Part shown: positions 1 to 25,810 of the stretch, one piece after another | Position numbering within the stretch: position 1 is the stretch's first letter | Layout: every line of letters begins with the position of its first letter | Source of the DNA: Lama guanicoe | Lineage: Eukaryota | NCBI GenBank assembly: GCA_013239625.1 | Contig: MU053629.1 | Span: 3,685,567 to 3,749,566 of the forward strand | Reading direction: 5' to 3' | DNA: 64,000 nucleotides | The notes under the pieces: model-generated | The model's input: the letters and a program-made list of their open reading frames with translations, nothing else | Told to the model about the DNA's origin: nothing | The model's database searches: none | Program-made: the position numbers and the translations under genes

Positions 1-3000
1 TCAGGACCTAACACTGCACTTGCAGAGAGGGGCACACAAAGGTAGAGAAGGAAAGCATTTCAAAACTAATGAATCTTGGAAGGGAAGAAGAAAATTAAAA
101 TGCAGTTTCTGGACTGGGTTGCAGAAATCTTGCAAGTGGAGAGATAAAAATAGCTGCTTGTTAGGACCTGGCCCGCGTGCTCCGAAGGCTCACTGTGTGA
201 ACTCACTTGTTAATCAGGAGGTGGGAAACAGCCTCTAGTTCCTGCTGTCATCATCTCCTGCAGTTAAACTCGTCAAGGAGGGTAAGGAGCTGGAGCTGAC
301 AAGGAAGTGCTCACTCACCATCCTGGAGCTTTGAGATACAATTGACATATAACATTGTATTAGTTTCAGGTGCACAGCACAGTATGCACACTTGATACAC
401 GTGAATATTGTGACGTGATCACCGCAGTGAGTCCCGTTAACCCCCATCCCCTTACGTAGTTTTCTTTCCTGTGAGGAGAACTTGTAGGATTTACTATGGT
501 AGCAACTTGCAAACACACAGTTCAGTGTCTGTTCCCAGTAGTGGGCCTGCTGTGCATTACATCCCCAGGACTCACTTCTCTCAGACCTGGAGGTTTGTGC
601 CTTTGACCGCTTTCATCTACAACTTCATAGCTTTTTCTGAAACTTTGCAGGACAACTCTTTATGGTTTGCCATTTGTTGTCTTCTTTAGACCCAGATTAG
701 CCAGGCTCTGGATAAACAATCGAGAATCTATGAGTTCTACTCTAGCCTCTGCCAGTAGCTCGCTTTGTAACCTGGACAGGTAACTCCCAAACTCAGGTCC
801 TCAGTGTTTCTGATCTGTACGCAGGGGTTTAGGACGCTCACCTCACACCATTGTTGTAAGGATTGGAGAAGGCAGTGTATTTAAAAGGCCTGGCATAGCA
901 GGTGCTCAGTGAACCAGAGGAGGGGTGGTGTCTTCCTCGGTTGGCTGGCTTCTTGTTACTTGTTGGACTCTGTCTCCCCTGGTGGTGACAGCCTGAACAG
1001 GGACAAGGACTTGTCCTTTTCACTCATAGCTCGTGCAGGCTACATGTTTATAGAATAAACAGGTGACCCCACTGAATTCTGTAACATGTTGATTGCCCAC
1101 TGTGGATCGGGTGCTCCGAGGAAACAACTATCATCCAGATTTGGGTGTTGTGGCGATCGATGTGTTAATCCAAACCCCTTGTTTAGAGGGGTAGACAATG
1201 TTTAGAAGTCAAGTTAAAATCATGTGCTCATGGGGGGAAAATCAGGAGGCTTTAAACAGTGGTTATTTCTGGGGCAGAAAATATCAGAGAACAAAATACT
1301 CCCTGCCACCTAATCTTTTCGTAAAACCTCCTTGTTCGTTTTTGAAGGGTTTACCCATCTTCATTGTTGCAGAGTCTGGGCAGGATCTGGGTATCAAACC
1401 TTAGCATCTTGTAGGTTTCTGTAGGAGGCTTGTCAGCCTGGGAGCCTGGGGCGGGGGTGGATGCTCCCTCTGGAATGCAGCATGGCCTACCACGTGCTGG
1501 GGCTCCTCTCAGCCTCTTCCTTCTGATGGTGGAGGGTCAGAAAGAGAACCCAAGGCCTGGGGAGGCCTCAGGAAGTAGAGAGAGCCTGGGCCCGCGGTGT
1601 GAACAGTGGTTGAGGTAGCTGCGAGGGAAGATGCTGGCGGAAAGCCTGATTAAACCTCTCAGGGCTCCAGAGTAGGGCAGTATTCCTCGTTGGAAGGGGG
1701 ACTCAGAAGAACCAGGCACCTGATGTAGAGGTGAGAGGGAAAGGGCGATGTTTTAGATGCAGGGACCAGCACAAAACCAGCAGTTAGAGAGGTAGGTGAG
1801 CCCGGGCCCGGGGGAGGTGAACATGGAGATGTGTCGTGGCAAGAAGTTGGAAAGGTAAGCAGAGCAGTGGAGGGCTTGGAAAGGCAGGCCATAGGGCCTG
1901 GACGGTACTCTGAGGCAGACGGGAGCCACTGCAGGCTCTGTACAGGGGTTGTCCCACTGGAGGAGTGCTGGTCAGTGTGCAGGATAGCGTGGAGGAGGAA
2001 GATGCTGGGGATTGGAGCAGAGGAAGGAGGGGCAGCGATTCTGGGAAGCAAGTGCGAATGCTGACAATTGGAGGAAACACTATCTCTGGCCTTATCTGAC
2101 ATGTACCTCATTTCTGCCCCCATAGAAGAGCCCCCCTTGGCTGGGGCTGCCAGGGACGAACATGTCCCTGCCTGGCGGCTCCAGCCACATACTCTGGAGT
2201 GGAGGGATTTAGCATGCCCAGGTCTCCAACTTCTTGTAAGGCCATCAGGGTCACCAGGAGGGGCCGTGTGCATGCATTTGGCTTCCAGGATGGATGTGGT
2301 CCAAGCAAGGAACCCCCCTGAGGGTTTCCCTCTGCTGCCCTCCCCCATGGATCTCTGTAGCCTACCGGACAGTGTTGTTCCCTGGAGCGGGTGGAGGAAG
2401 CTGGAGCTGACTGCCAGGAAGGGAGGAAAGCGGTGTTATGTAAGTTCGCAAAAAAAGGAGGCTGGCTTGCCATGTGAGTAGAAATCAGAACAGTCACAGA
2501 GGCAGTGCAGCCACTCCTGAGTGGCAGCTGTGGCCTGGAGAGATGTGTCTGAGCAGCAGGGAGAGTCCCCGGGCCCTGGGGAGGGCTGCTCTGTTGGGGA
2601 CAGGGGGCGGGGAGGGGGTGATGCCTGGTGCTGTGAACTTGCCAATCTGGGAGGGCTACCCATGAAAGAATCCTTCTTTGTGTTCCTGTAACGTGCATGC
2701 GTGCTATTTAAATGCCCACAGTTTGTTATGTTAGATTGATCCTGGTCTCCGTTTGGTGAGGTTGTGAGAGCTGCAGTTTTTATCACCACTTTACTGATTT
2801 GCAGACTGCAGACCACAGACTGTAGAAGCGAGGCCGCACATGGAGCAGGCGGCAGGGCCAGGATCTGAATGCAGGTCTCTTGTCTCTGTAAGCAGTGCCG
2901 CTCTTCTGCTGTATGGCAAGGCCTAGCAGGTCACTTCCCAGCAGGGCCTGGGAACATTTGGAGGGTAAGGAGCTCAGGGCTTCATGGTGCAGTCACGGGG

Positions 3001-5084
3001 ATGAAAGGCTGTGATGCGGCTGGAGCGTGTCGGGGGCGGGGGTCGTGTCTGAGCGCCTCCGTGCTCCCCGCTGTTCCTGTGGGGAGAGCGCTGCCCAGCC
3101 CTTCCCGCTCTGTCCTGTCACTCAGCCTCGCTCTCCACATACTGAACCCGGCCACCGGGGTCAGGCTCTGTCTGGTGGAGAAGCGCCACAGAGCTGTGGA
3201 GGTGAGGACCAGGGGCTCCCTGGGGAAGTGTTTGTCAAGGCCTGTCCTAGTGCCAGGCTCGGGAAGAAACAAAACAAAAGGTAGCCCCTGAGCTCCCAAG
3301 GTTTGTCGTCTCCCATGTGTTTGAAATAGTTCTTCAAGAGGCCAGACGGCTTCTCCCTGAGTTCATGTGGGTCATTGCTCATCGCCCTGTCTCATTGGCA
3401 CCCCTCACTGTCTGGGTTCTTACACGGTTTTGTTGTTTTTATTTCCTTCATGCACTTGAGACCACATGATGCTGCACGTTGGTTTGTCGGTTTATTTTGT
3501 CCGTCTCCTCGCACTGAAGTGTCAGCTCCGCGGAACGGGAACTTGAGTTTGCTGGCTGTCATCTCCCTGGTACCTGCATGGTGCTGCCATGTAGCAGGTG
3601 CTCGGGGACACTTGGGAATGAGTGAAGCGGTTGAGTTGAGGGCAGCAGGGTGAGTGGGGAGAGGACAGGTCTGGGCATCAGAAGGCCTGAGTTCTGGTTC
3701 CAGTTTTACCCAGTTTTTGCTGTGTGACCTCAGTCAAGTCCCTGGACCCCTTTGGGCCTTCGACTTTTCATCTCCACCATGAAGGGGAGGAGCCAGATTC
3801 CTTCTAAGGCTACTTCTGATGCCTGTGTTCTGAGAGTCTCTATAAGGGAGACACGAGTGGTTGCCAAAGGGCTTGGAAAGGCCTCATATCCTGTCCTGTC
3901 GTGTCCTGTGACATGTTGAGGGCTGGATCTTAGAGAGGCAGCACCCGTGGCTCTGAGGACGTGCGTGTGTACACGGTGAGTTTAGATCCATTCATTCGCA
4001 GACATTCCTGTGGGCCAGGTGCTGCCCTGGCTCTGAGGTTCCAGGGCTGAGGCAGACGGCCAGTGTCCCTGCCTGGTGGAGCCTGTGGTGGGTGGCGAGA
4101 GGCTAGAGGTGGCTGGGGCCCGTGGCTCTGGCCTGGCCCAGGCTGGGGATGCTGACGGGCTCGGCAGAGGTGGGCAGGGAAGGACTTGCTGGGATATGAG
4201 AGGGTGGGGTTTTATTTTCAGTTTTCCCTTGGAAAGATACTTAAATAGACCTGTTAGAATCTGTTTAAGAATAAATAAATGTACTCATATGAATATGAAG
4301 GGGAAAAAATAAAATGTGAATAGTGGCTCTGGTAGGTTGGAATTATGGGGATTCCATTTTTTCTTCCTCTGATTCTCCGGATACCCTGTGTAGTGTCTGT
4401 ATTATTCCCATCAGAGATTCCCTGTCAGGGTTTATGATTTTGCTCCTGGGTTTGGCCTCCTTTTGAGTGGAACTCATTGTCTGCTGATGTCTGTCCACAA
4501 AGCCCTGGCCTGGGGACCTTTACCAAGAGAATTCTTGGCTCTGCTCTGCCCACTTCACAGGGAAGTTGTTTGAATCAGGAGAGGGTAGGAAAATAGAGAT
4601 GGAGATTTACCTCTCTGCAAAGGGAAGGGTCACTGAACTCACACTGGTGTCGGGAGCCAGGGTGGGAAGTGGGGATGGTCCGAGTGCAGGTAAGGGGATG
4701 GGGCTGGTGCTGGGGCGCAGCCTTGACCTTGGGGAGCAGCTCTCAGGCCTGCCTGGTTCTCCGGCCCAGGCAGCAGGAGACTCTCCTTGACTGACAACTA
4801 GGTGCAGCTCTTCAGGCTCTCAGGGAGATGACTTCAGTGACAGAAAATCAAAAGCCAGCTCCCAACCCCTGCCACGTACTCATGAAACCCCTGCTCTGTG
4901 CTTGGTGCTGACGTCAGAATAGGAGTTCCCGCCTCTATCCCATCCCCTTTAGTCTTTGGTCTGTAGCCTCAACAAGCATACAGGTCTTATTATTTCTTCC
5001 TTATGATCCAACGATGGATATTATGTCTTGCCAACAGGGTTGGTCAAAGCAACAGAGTGAAATCTGATTATTCTTGGTAGCTGA

Positions 5085-13588
<8,504 letters not shown>

Positions 13589-14477
13589 GCACCGGGAAGA
13601 GTCCCCGCGTGGGGCGTGCCGTGTTGCGCTCAGGCCCCTTTCCCACGCCTGTCTCTGTTCAGACGTGCACTTCACCTATGACAAAGGATGAGGAAGAACA
13701 CAGCATGTGCCAAAATTCTCTTCGTGTCATTTGAATATTATTGCCTTTATTCTCATCACGATTGTTACTCCCCTGAGTGGATTGGCTTTGTGCTTGGGGC
13801 TATTTTTGTGTATGTCGATGATCAAAACATGTGCAGTGTGGAGTTACAGTGAAACTCTGGTGGCTGTGGGTAGTCATTCTTACTGAAAACTGCACTGCTC
13901 TCCTGCACCGTGACTGGCTAGCCGCCCCCTATTTTCAGGATCCTTTGACACCTGGTGGTACTTCCTTCTTGCCAAGCGCACCTTCTTTCTGTCGGAGTAG
14001 GAAGGGGCCTTGTGAGATCCTTCACAGGCAGTGCATGTGAAGCATGCTTTGCTGCTATGAAAATGAGCATCAGAAAGTGTGTATCATGATGTTTTATTAT
14101 ATTTTTGCTTTTGGTGTAGAGTTCAGCAATTTCCATCAAAATCTAGCCAGGGCCCTTCACTGCCATGATAGCTGGAGCTTCACCAGTCTGTCTGCTGTGG
14201 TGATTTGTAGACTTCTGGTTGTATTTCTATATTTATTTTTAAATATACCATGTTGAGATATTTAGTGATATGTCTGAGTTTGGATTCGTGTTTCTAAAAT
14301 GGTGGAGTTACTTTGAATATTATAAATGGATCAAGGCATTAAAATGTATGAGATTTATCTTTCCCGAAACCCAAGTACTGATGCTATTGTAAACAAGTGT
14401 GTATAGTGCCTAAAAACTGTATGAAAATCCTTTTACCACTTTAATCCAGATGTTTAACAAATCTACTCTCTTATTCT

Positions 14478-14483
14478 AATAAA
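14478..14483 (+). terminator. Probable MAP2K1 polyadenylation signal (AATAAA)
   Basis: AATAAA at the end of an AT-rich 3' UTR about 900 nt after the stop codon. Confidence 0.7.
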
Positions 14484-17073
14484 TATACTATCAAATTCCA
14501 AGGATGAAAGATATTTCTACTTTTGTGGTAGGATTTTCAATGTCTCTAGTACATAAGAAATCAAATGGTTTAGCCACGCATTATTGAGGGGAAAGGCAAA
14601 GACAGGCACGAGGCCGGAAGGTGGAAATACCACACCGAGGGCCAGTTCAGGGCTTTGGACTAATGGCACTTCCTGTAATTCTAATCTTTGGATTTCATCC
14701 AATTCTCACCAAACACACTTATCTGCGACTCTTCCAACCACCCTTTCTGTGGACCTGTGACTAGATCTCATCAATTCCCTCCATCTCATTATGGGACGGC
14801 GGTAGTTGGGGGTGGGCTCGGGGGGTGGCCAGCACGCTCACAGGAGGGCCTGAGTGGCGCTCGAGCTTCCGCCGGGGACTGTCCCATGCTGCTTTGCTCC
14901 ACCGGGCAATGGCTTCCCCTCTTTACCAGTTAACACCTGACACACCTTTCTGGAGAGGAGAGACGTGCCTGGCACCGGCTTTATCATGCTTGTGGGATGG
15001 AGTGAAGTCACAGAAAACAAAGCCATGTCCCAGATGGCCTCCCTTCTTTCTTTAAAAAAGACTTCTGAGATTTAGGTGTACGTGAGGCTGCCTGGTCAGC
15101 ACCTCTCCCCTCGTTTTCTTCTTTGAGACACCAGGTGATAGAAAGCCAAAGTAAATATATATTTTTAAAATAAAAGGCCTATTTCACTTGCAAATTAAAA
15201 CCAGAACTTGGGTAAATCTCCTGAGCAGGTAGCTCCATTCTGTATAGCAGAGCCTGGGATCCAGCCAGGATTTAACACCTAGTCAGTTCTATATATACAG
15301 CTGCCTCGGCCAGTCAGTGTTTTCTCGCTGTGAGGTGAGAACACTTGTTCTATATCAACAGTCTAATGTAAGTTTTCAACATGCAAATGTTAAGAAGAGG
15401 TTTCAGACCCATACCCTCCTCACACCCAGGGTCTTTTACTAACAAGATGCCACCAGCTTTGAGAATGTCACATTAAAATGCTCAAACTGCATCTGAGGAG
15501 GAAGGAACGGTGTAACTTGATGTCTACTAGGATCTGAACACTCTCATGCTCACTGTCTTGAGGGTTATTTTAAATTCTCCAATCACACACACAGACACAC
15601 AAAGTCAAAAGATTTTTCCCTAGTAATTCTCACCAAGAATGATCTCGTTCTCAAGAATGATGTTCCCAGCCTCAGTCCTGCTGTGTTTTGAGTTCCCCAA
15701 GCCAAACTCCCTCCTCAGACTTCCTTCCTGAGACACCAGTAATAGCTGGATTTTTAAATGCTATGTCATGAGCACCTACCACCACCCTTTGAAACTGCTA
15801 GAGCAGATACCAAGACTCCGATTTTACAGCTGGGAAAGTGAGAGCTGCAAAGAGGCAAGTGGCCAGTAAGTAGTCGAGCTAGAACTCACACCCAACTTTT
15901 CCAGCTCTTAAAAACCCATGCTCGTATTTTAAATTAGACCCCAAACTGTATACTTTGATGCTTTTTGTCACAGAATAAATGTTCACATTGGTGTTTTCCA
16001 AGAAACACGCTCATTTAAACTTCTGGCTATTTCCTGTAAGTAGCTCAAAATAACATTAATGAAATGTTGACTGACGGGTATGTCCAAGCGCTCTTCTGGG
16101 GCAGTTAGGTAAAGAGTCCTGCTTGAGGAGTTTGTCTGTGTTTTGTTTGGCTTTTCTGTTGCTTGGCCAGGGCATATTTTACAAAACCAAGCAACTACTT
16201 AACTGTACACTTAGTGGGAAAGGGACAGTATGCAGAAATAAACCTTTTTCAAATACGATGTTTAACAACTCTTATTCTGTAACTGTCATCTCTTTATTAT
16301 AAAAACCCAGTCTCCCAAGCCTAGTGGTCCTGCTTCAATGGCACATTTGCTGAGTCCAGCAGTAGGGTTTAAAGCATCCTGCTGTGCTGTTCACCCAGGG
16401 GAGGAACTAAGCCTCGTCTCTCTTGCTGTCTGGAAAGCAGCAAGCTGCAAGGTGGCTGTTTATCTAGGATTTATTTCTAAGCACGTTTTACCAGTGATGT
16501 CTCAACCTAGCTGTGATGATGGCCACACAAAGCATGTTAGCAGCCAGTGTTTTGCGATGTCACTGGGAGGTGGCAACAGCTTGTGCTCTCAAGTGGCTCT
16601 CTGTCCTCCTCTTTGTCCTCTTTCTCTCCCAGACTGTGGCCTTGCTCTGCTCACAAGGGTTCAATGGCAGGCAAACAGCCTTTAATTGGTTTTCTTAAAA
16701 GAGGCATTGTTGATGGGAAAGGACGGCCGTCTTTAAACTCTGCCCTTTTTGCAAATGCCAGACTTTCTCAGTAGCATTTCAGAGGAAATGTTTTGTTTTG
16801 AACACAGTTACTGAATCTGACCAGAACATAAACACAGCAGCACACATACTGCTCAATACTGAGACACTGCGTCTCTGCTTTTCTGCATGTCCCTAAGTTT
16901 TGTTAAAGCCTTCTGAAACTTGAATTACTGATGGAACCATTCTTACAAATCCACATCCTACTGAAGTTCCTGCTTCCGTTTAAAGCAGGCCACAGGGCCC
17001 ATGGCAAAAATTAAGAGAAAGTTCCTGAGACTTAGAGCTTAATTTGTTTGACTAACCCCGGCTCTTCGCCCCT

Positions 17074-19376
17074 TCAGGAATCTGATTCCTCCTCCTCTTC
17101 CTCTTCTTCTTGCGGCACATGGCTCCTTGTGCTCAACTCCAGTGCAGTTTGGTTGATGGATGCTTCGTTGTCTACATGCACCAGCATCTGCTTTGGTCAA
17201 GGACACTATGTTTTAGTAGCAAGAACACTGGCCTCAAAACAAGTTCTTAATGTTTCAAAATAAAATCTCAATTGCATATTCATTGCCAATATTTACCACT
17301 AGCATGTGTGGCCACTCTTCCTATTTCTCCAAATTCTACTCTGACCCCCACTGCCAAAATGGGAGCAGAATAAATGCCAGAGATTTGATAGAATGTTACT
17401 TGACTTACAAACATGGTTCTTACATAAAAATTATGCTGGCTATGGTGTGCTGCTCTCAAATAGTTAAAAATGCTTAACACATCTGAGAGAACTAATCAAA
17501 TGTGGTATATTTAGAGAGATGGTTTTACTGACTGACCTGGGGGCATCTGGTGAGGCAAGGACATGATGATGACAAGAACTCATTTTTTAGCACTGGGCTT
17601 TGGAGTTGAAGCTACACTCTATTTTCGAATCCTAAGCTTACTTATTCTCAGAGCAGCAAGAGTTCTGACATGTTCCTACAAAGATCTCCACACTCTCCCC
17701 AGGTTCACTGGAGTGACTGGAGAGAATAGATGACTAGGAAGGTGTTGGCAATATAACAGGAAAATCAGCCAAAGTGTAGCCCACTGGTAGGTAGGTGGGC
17801 TGTTCCCTGTTTAAAACAGTCATACAGACCAGCCAGTTTATTAAACTAGAAAGTTCTTATCAGCACTTCCCAGAGTCCTTTGGGCTTGACAATGTAATTT
17901 ACAACTTTTGACCTCCAAGGAGCCTAAGAGCAGAGCGGACTTTGCCATCTCCCTCGGGTCCCACCCTTGATTAAGCTTACATCATGTGACTGTTCAGGTG
18001 CAGCCTGAGAAGTCAGCATCTCATCCCCTCTTCTAGAACTAATCATTGACTGGAGGGCCAGTTCTTCAACCTAGAAAAGAAGAGTTGAGGACACCTTCCT
18101 TACTGTCACTAGGCTACTGATGGAGGTAAAATTCAGAGCACGCTGTAAGAGGTCGGCAGCATGAGAGGAACTGAAAACAGTGTAATCTAATCTATGTAAA
18201 GCGCTAGAGGAAAGTGGGGAGGCTCCTTAAACTCCCCCTGCCTCTTAAGGTTAAGAGCACAGAAAGCCTCCAGCCCTTTTCTTCCAGGGTGAACAGCTGT
18301 TTCAGCTGAGCCAAGGCTTTCACTCCACCAGAGCAAGCCACTCAGGGGAGACAGAAGCCTGCCCTAAAGCCAGGGGCCATCTGATTCCACAGGCCCGAGC
18401 CTGTCTACCCAGTAATGAGCGAGTGAAGGTAGGAAGAATGGAAAATGGAAGTTTCCTGGAGCATAAAGGAATCTCGGCTTTGGCGGCGTTGTCATCAACA
18501 CGCAGGCAGCTGTACACGTGCTGTGGTGACATAACATGAAGCACAAGCCGCAACATGCGTCCTGAGGGAGAGTGAACTATCTTGACATGTCGCAGTTGGA
18601 CAATGCTTCTCAGTTTACGAAGGGCTTTCATAACCCTCATCTCACTTGAATTTAAAGATCCTGAAGGGTGAAGAGCAGGGATTCTCAGGAGCACCTCACT
18701 GGCGCTAAAGAGGGTGACTTCCTCACAGGTCTAAGAAACGGCCCTGGTGGGTTTTAATCTTGACTCCTTGTCAGGGCCGTGGAGTTGGTAACAGACCCGG
18801 GAAGAAAAGCTACCGCGAACTACTCCGTGACAGGTCTCTTCTCCCAGGGCCTCGCAGTCTGTCTTCGCACAGTAGGGGGACCCGCGAGTCAGCCGGCTGT
18901 GCGAGACCAGAGCCGCTTCCAGCGCCGGTACTAGCTAGTAAGAGAAGCTAGGAGATGCTGCAGGGGCTCGGGAGGCGAGGACGGCGGGCAGGAAAGGTCC
19001 AGGCGAGCCTTCGGGAGGTCGCCCTTCTCAGCGTGTGGTGCGGGCCGCCTGTGTTTACGGGGCTGTAGGGGTCCGGGGCCTGGGGTGGTGTACTCGCCAA
19101 ACTCAGATTGCTGGGCCTCAGCCTAGACCTGCAGGATCAAGATTCTCTGAGGGGTGGACCCACAATCTCAAAACCAGCCCCCCAAGTGCTGTCGGCCACC
19201 ATGTCGGGCCGGCAGGACGAGGTGAGGAAGGGCTACCCGGCAGCAGGCGGACGGCGGAATGGAGGGGCGGGGGGCCGCGGGGTCACCTTGAGCCGGTTCA
19301 GCTGGTCGTGCAGAGCCGCCTTCAGGCGGAGCAGCGTCTCCTCCTCCTTGCGCAGTTCCTGAAGCCGGCTCAGCAT
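17074..19376 (-). CDS. SNAPC5: snRNA-activating protein complex subunit 5 (SNAP19), 97 aa; exons 19376-19287, 18070-17981, 17187-17074
   Basis: The translation is MLSRLQELRKEEETLLRLKAALHDQLNRLK/VEELALQSMISSRRGDEMLTSQAAPEQSHD/MLVHVDNEASINQTALELSTRSHVPQEEEEEEEESDS*. Junctions are GT-AG and phase 0. There is an in-frame TGA just upstream of the ATG. Confidence 0.96.
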
Positions 19377-19750
19377 CTCTCCTCCTCACGCGGGCCGCCG
19401 GCCGGGCGCTCGGCGATGACGCCACGGCCTCCGCGCCACCGGAAACGGAAGAGCGAGCAGAGCGGGCGCTTCCGGCTGGCGTCGGTGATCGTCGCTGCTC
19501 GCTGCAACGGGCAAACGGGGTGTTAAGCAAAAAGCTAAACTCGGTGAGGATTCCTAGAGCGAAGGGCGTTGGGGCTGTAAAAGGCCTGGAGAGAACAACG
19601 GCCAGCTAGCTGTTAAGTGTCAAGTGCTCGCCGTTCAACGCGTTTCTTCCAGTGGCGCTGCACATTTGGCTATTTTAGCCCCACGAAAGCTGCAGACGCA
19701 CTTGAAGGCCAGACTAACATCAGTGTCTGGTACAGCGGTCCAAGAGCCCT
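18850..19750. promoter_or_regulatory. CpG island / SNAPC5 promoter with ETS-type CCGGAA/CGGAAG motifs (~19439-19476)
   Basis: High CpG density around SNAPC5 exon 1, with ccggaaacggaag and cttccgg motifs just upstream of the ATG. Island limits are approximate. Confidence 0.75.
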
Positions 19751-20601
19751 CCTGTGCCGTTATGCAGGCAGGGTTTCCCAGGAGGCTGCAGCGAATTAGA
19801 GCAGGAAGATTAAGGGAACGGTGCTTTATGCTAAGGAACTTTCTCTTGACCTGCAAATTTGAGGATAGATCACCCCAGCTGTGGATTTTAACGAGACTGC
19901 CAAATGGTAAACAAACCAGATGCAAGAACAAGACCCTGACACGAGACCAGAAGTAGGGAAGAACAGGTCACCTCTAAGGTAATAAAGCTTGATGGCAGAT
20001 TTGGGTAAAAACGTTTGGATACATTGTCTGCACAAGCATGCTTGGCCAACATATTCAGCCCCTACTGAAACACAAATGATTGTGGAAAAACACGGCACTT
20101 TTCACACCAAGGTTCCAGGTATTAAAGGGGGTGGAGCAAGCATTTATTTCCTCCATCAATTGTATTCTATCACATAAGGTTGTAACATTTCTGAGAGAAC
20201 TCTCTCTTACTGCTGTACTTAAAAAAACATGTATTTTGATTCTGCCCTTTGTGATTACTGAATGGGAAATGGATGAAATTCCATACAGATTTGACAATTT
20301 TTTTTTCCACTTTGGGGAGAGAAGGCTAAATCCTAAGAGCTTCTCTATTTCTTTAACAAGTCTTCTAACCATCCGTTTCTCAAGGAACATTTTGTTACTT
20401 ACAAAATGGATTTTATAGCTCCCAATTTATGGAGCATCCCTCATTAAACTTCACGCACTTAGTATATATCCAATGCTCCATTTTACACTAGACTATAAAA
20501 TGTAACTAAAAGGCTTGAATTAAAACGCCAGTGAAAAAATTCTAACCAAGATTTACACAACACATCCAAGTCATGTTTCTCACTACCACTTTGATCAGAA
20601 C

Positions 20602-20607
20602 TTTATT
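20602..20607 (-). terminator. RPL4 polyadenylation signal (AATAAA)
   Basis: tttatt on the + strand about 55 nt downstream of the RPL4 stop, giving the short 3' UTR typical of ribosomal protein mRNAs. Confidence 0.8.
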
Positions 20608-20660
20608 CAAACTTAGCTGTCCAAAATAATTTGACCTCCACGGAATAAACAAATTTAAGT

Positions 20661-25265
<4,605 letters not shown>

Positions 25266-25810
25266 GGCGGGGAGAGGAGAGAGCCACGCTCCTCTCAACC
25301 CGGCGGCTCCCACAGGAAAAGGAAGTGCGTAGCACTCCCACTGTATATGTAACCTTCAACTCGTCTCCCACCCTGCTCCGCCTCCGAACCAATCCAGAGA
25401 GACAAAATATCTCTCTACCTCTACACAAAAATAAAAAATAGCGTAGTATCTCCTTATATGCGTCAAACTACTGTATCTATTGAGTTTCAAAGCCATAAAG
25501 AGCTCTTAGAGACGAGGGACTCCTTTTCGCGGAGTAATCCATAAGGGGGCGTGGCCAACTCTCGCGAGACGAAGTTTCTGTCCCCCTCAACCAGTACAAC
25601 TTATTTTAACTTTTTCACACAGGAGTGGAAAACTATTGGGACAGGAAAGGCCGTTGTGTGCGCTAGAGCAAAAATTTAACTTTTTCGACAAACGAGGCCT
25701 TTTGGGGGTAAAAGTAGTCCTGGCGGGGGGTTATGACCCCGGACGTCAGCATCCGGCGCGCAGTTCAGTTTGGCGGTTTCGGGTCTACAGTTAAACTAAC
25801 CAAGGGCGTG

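Noticed and set aside
18320..18694. 124-aa minus-strand ORF in SNAPC5 intron 1, a possible alternative exon
   Set aside because: It has no recognisable homology, and SNAPC5 is complete without it. It cannot be supported without transcript data.
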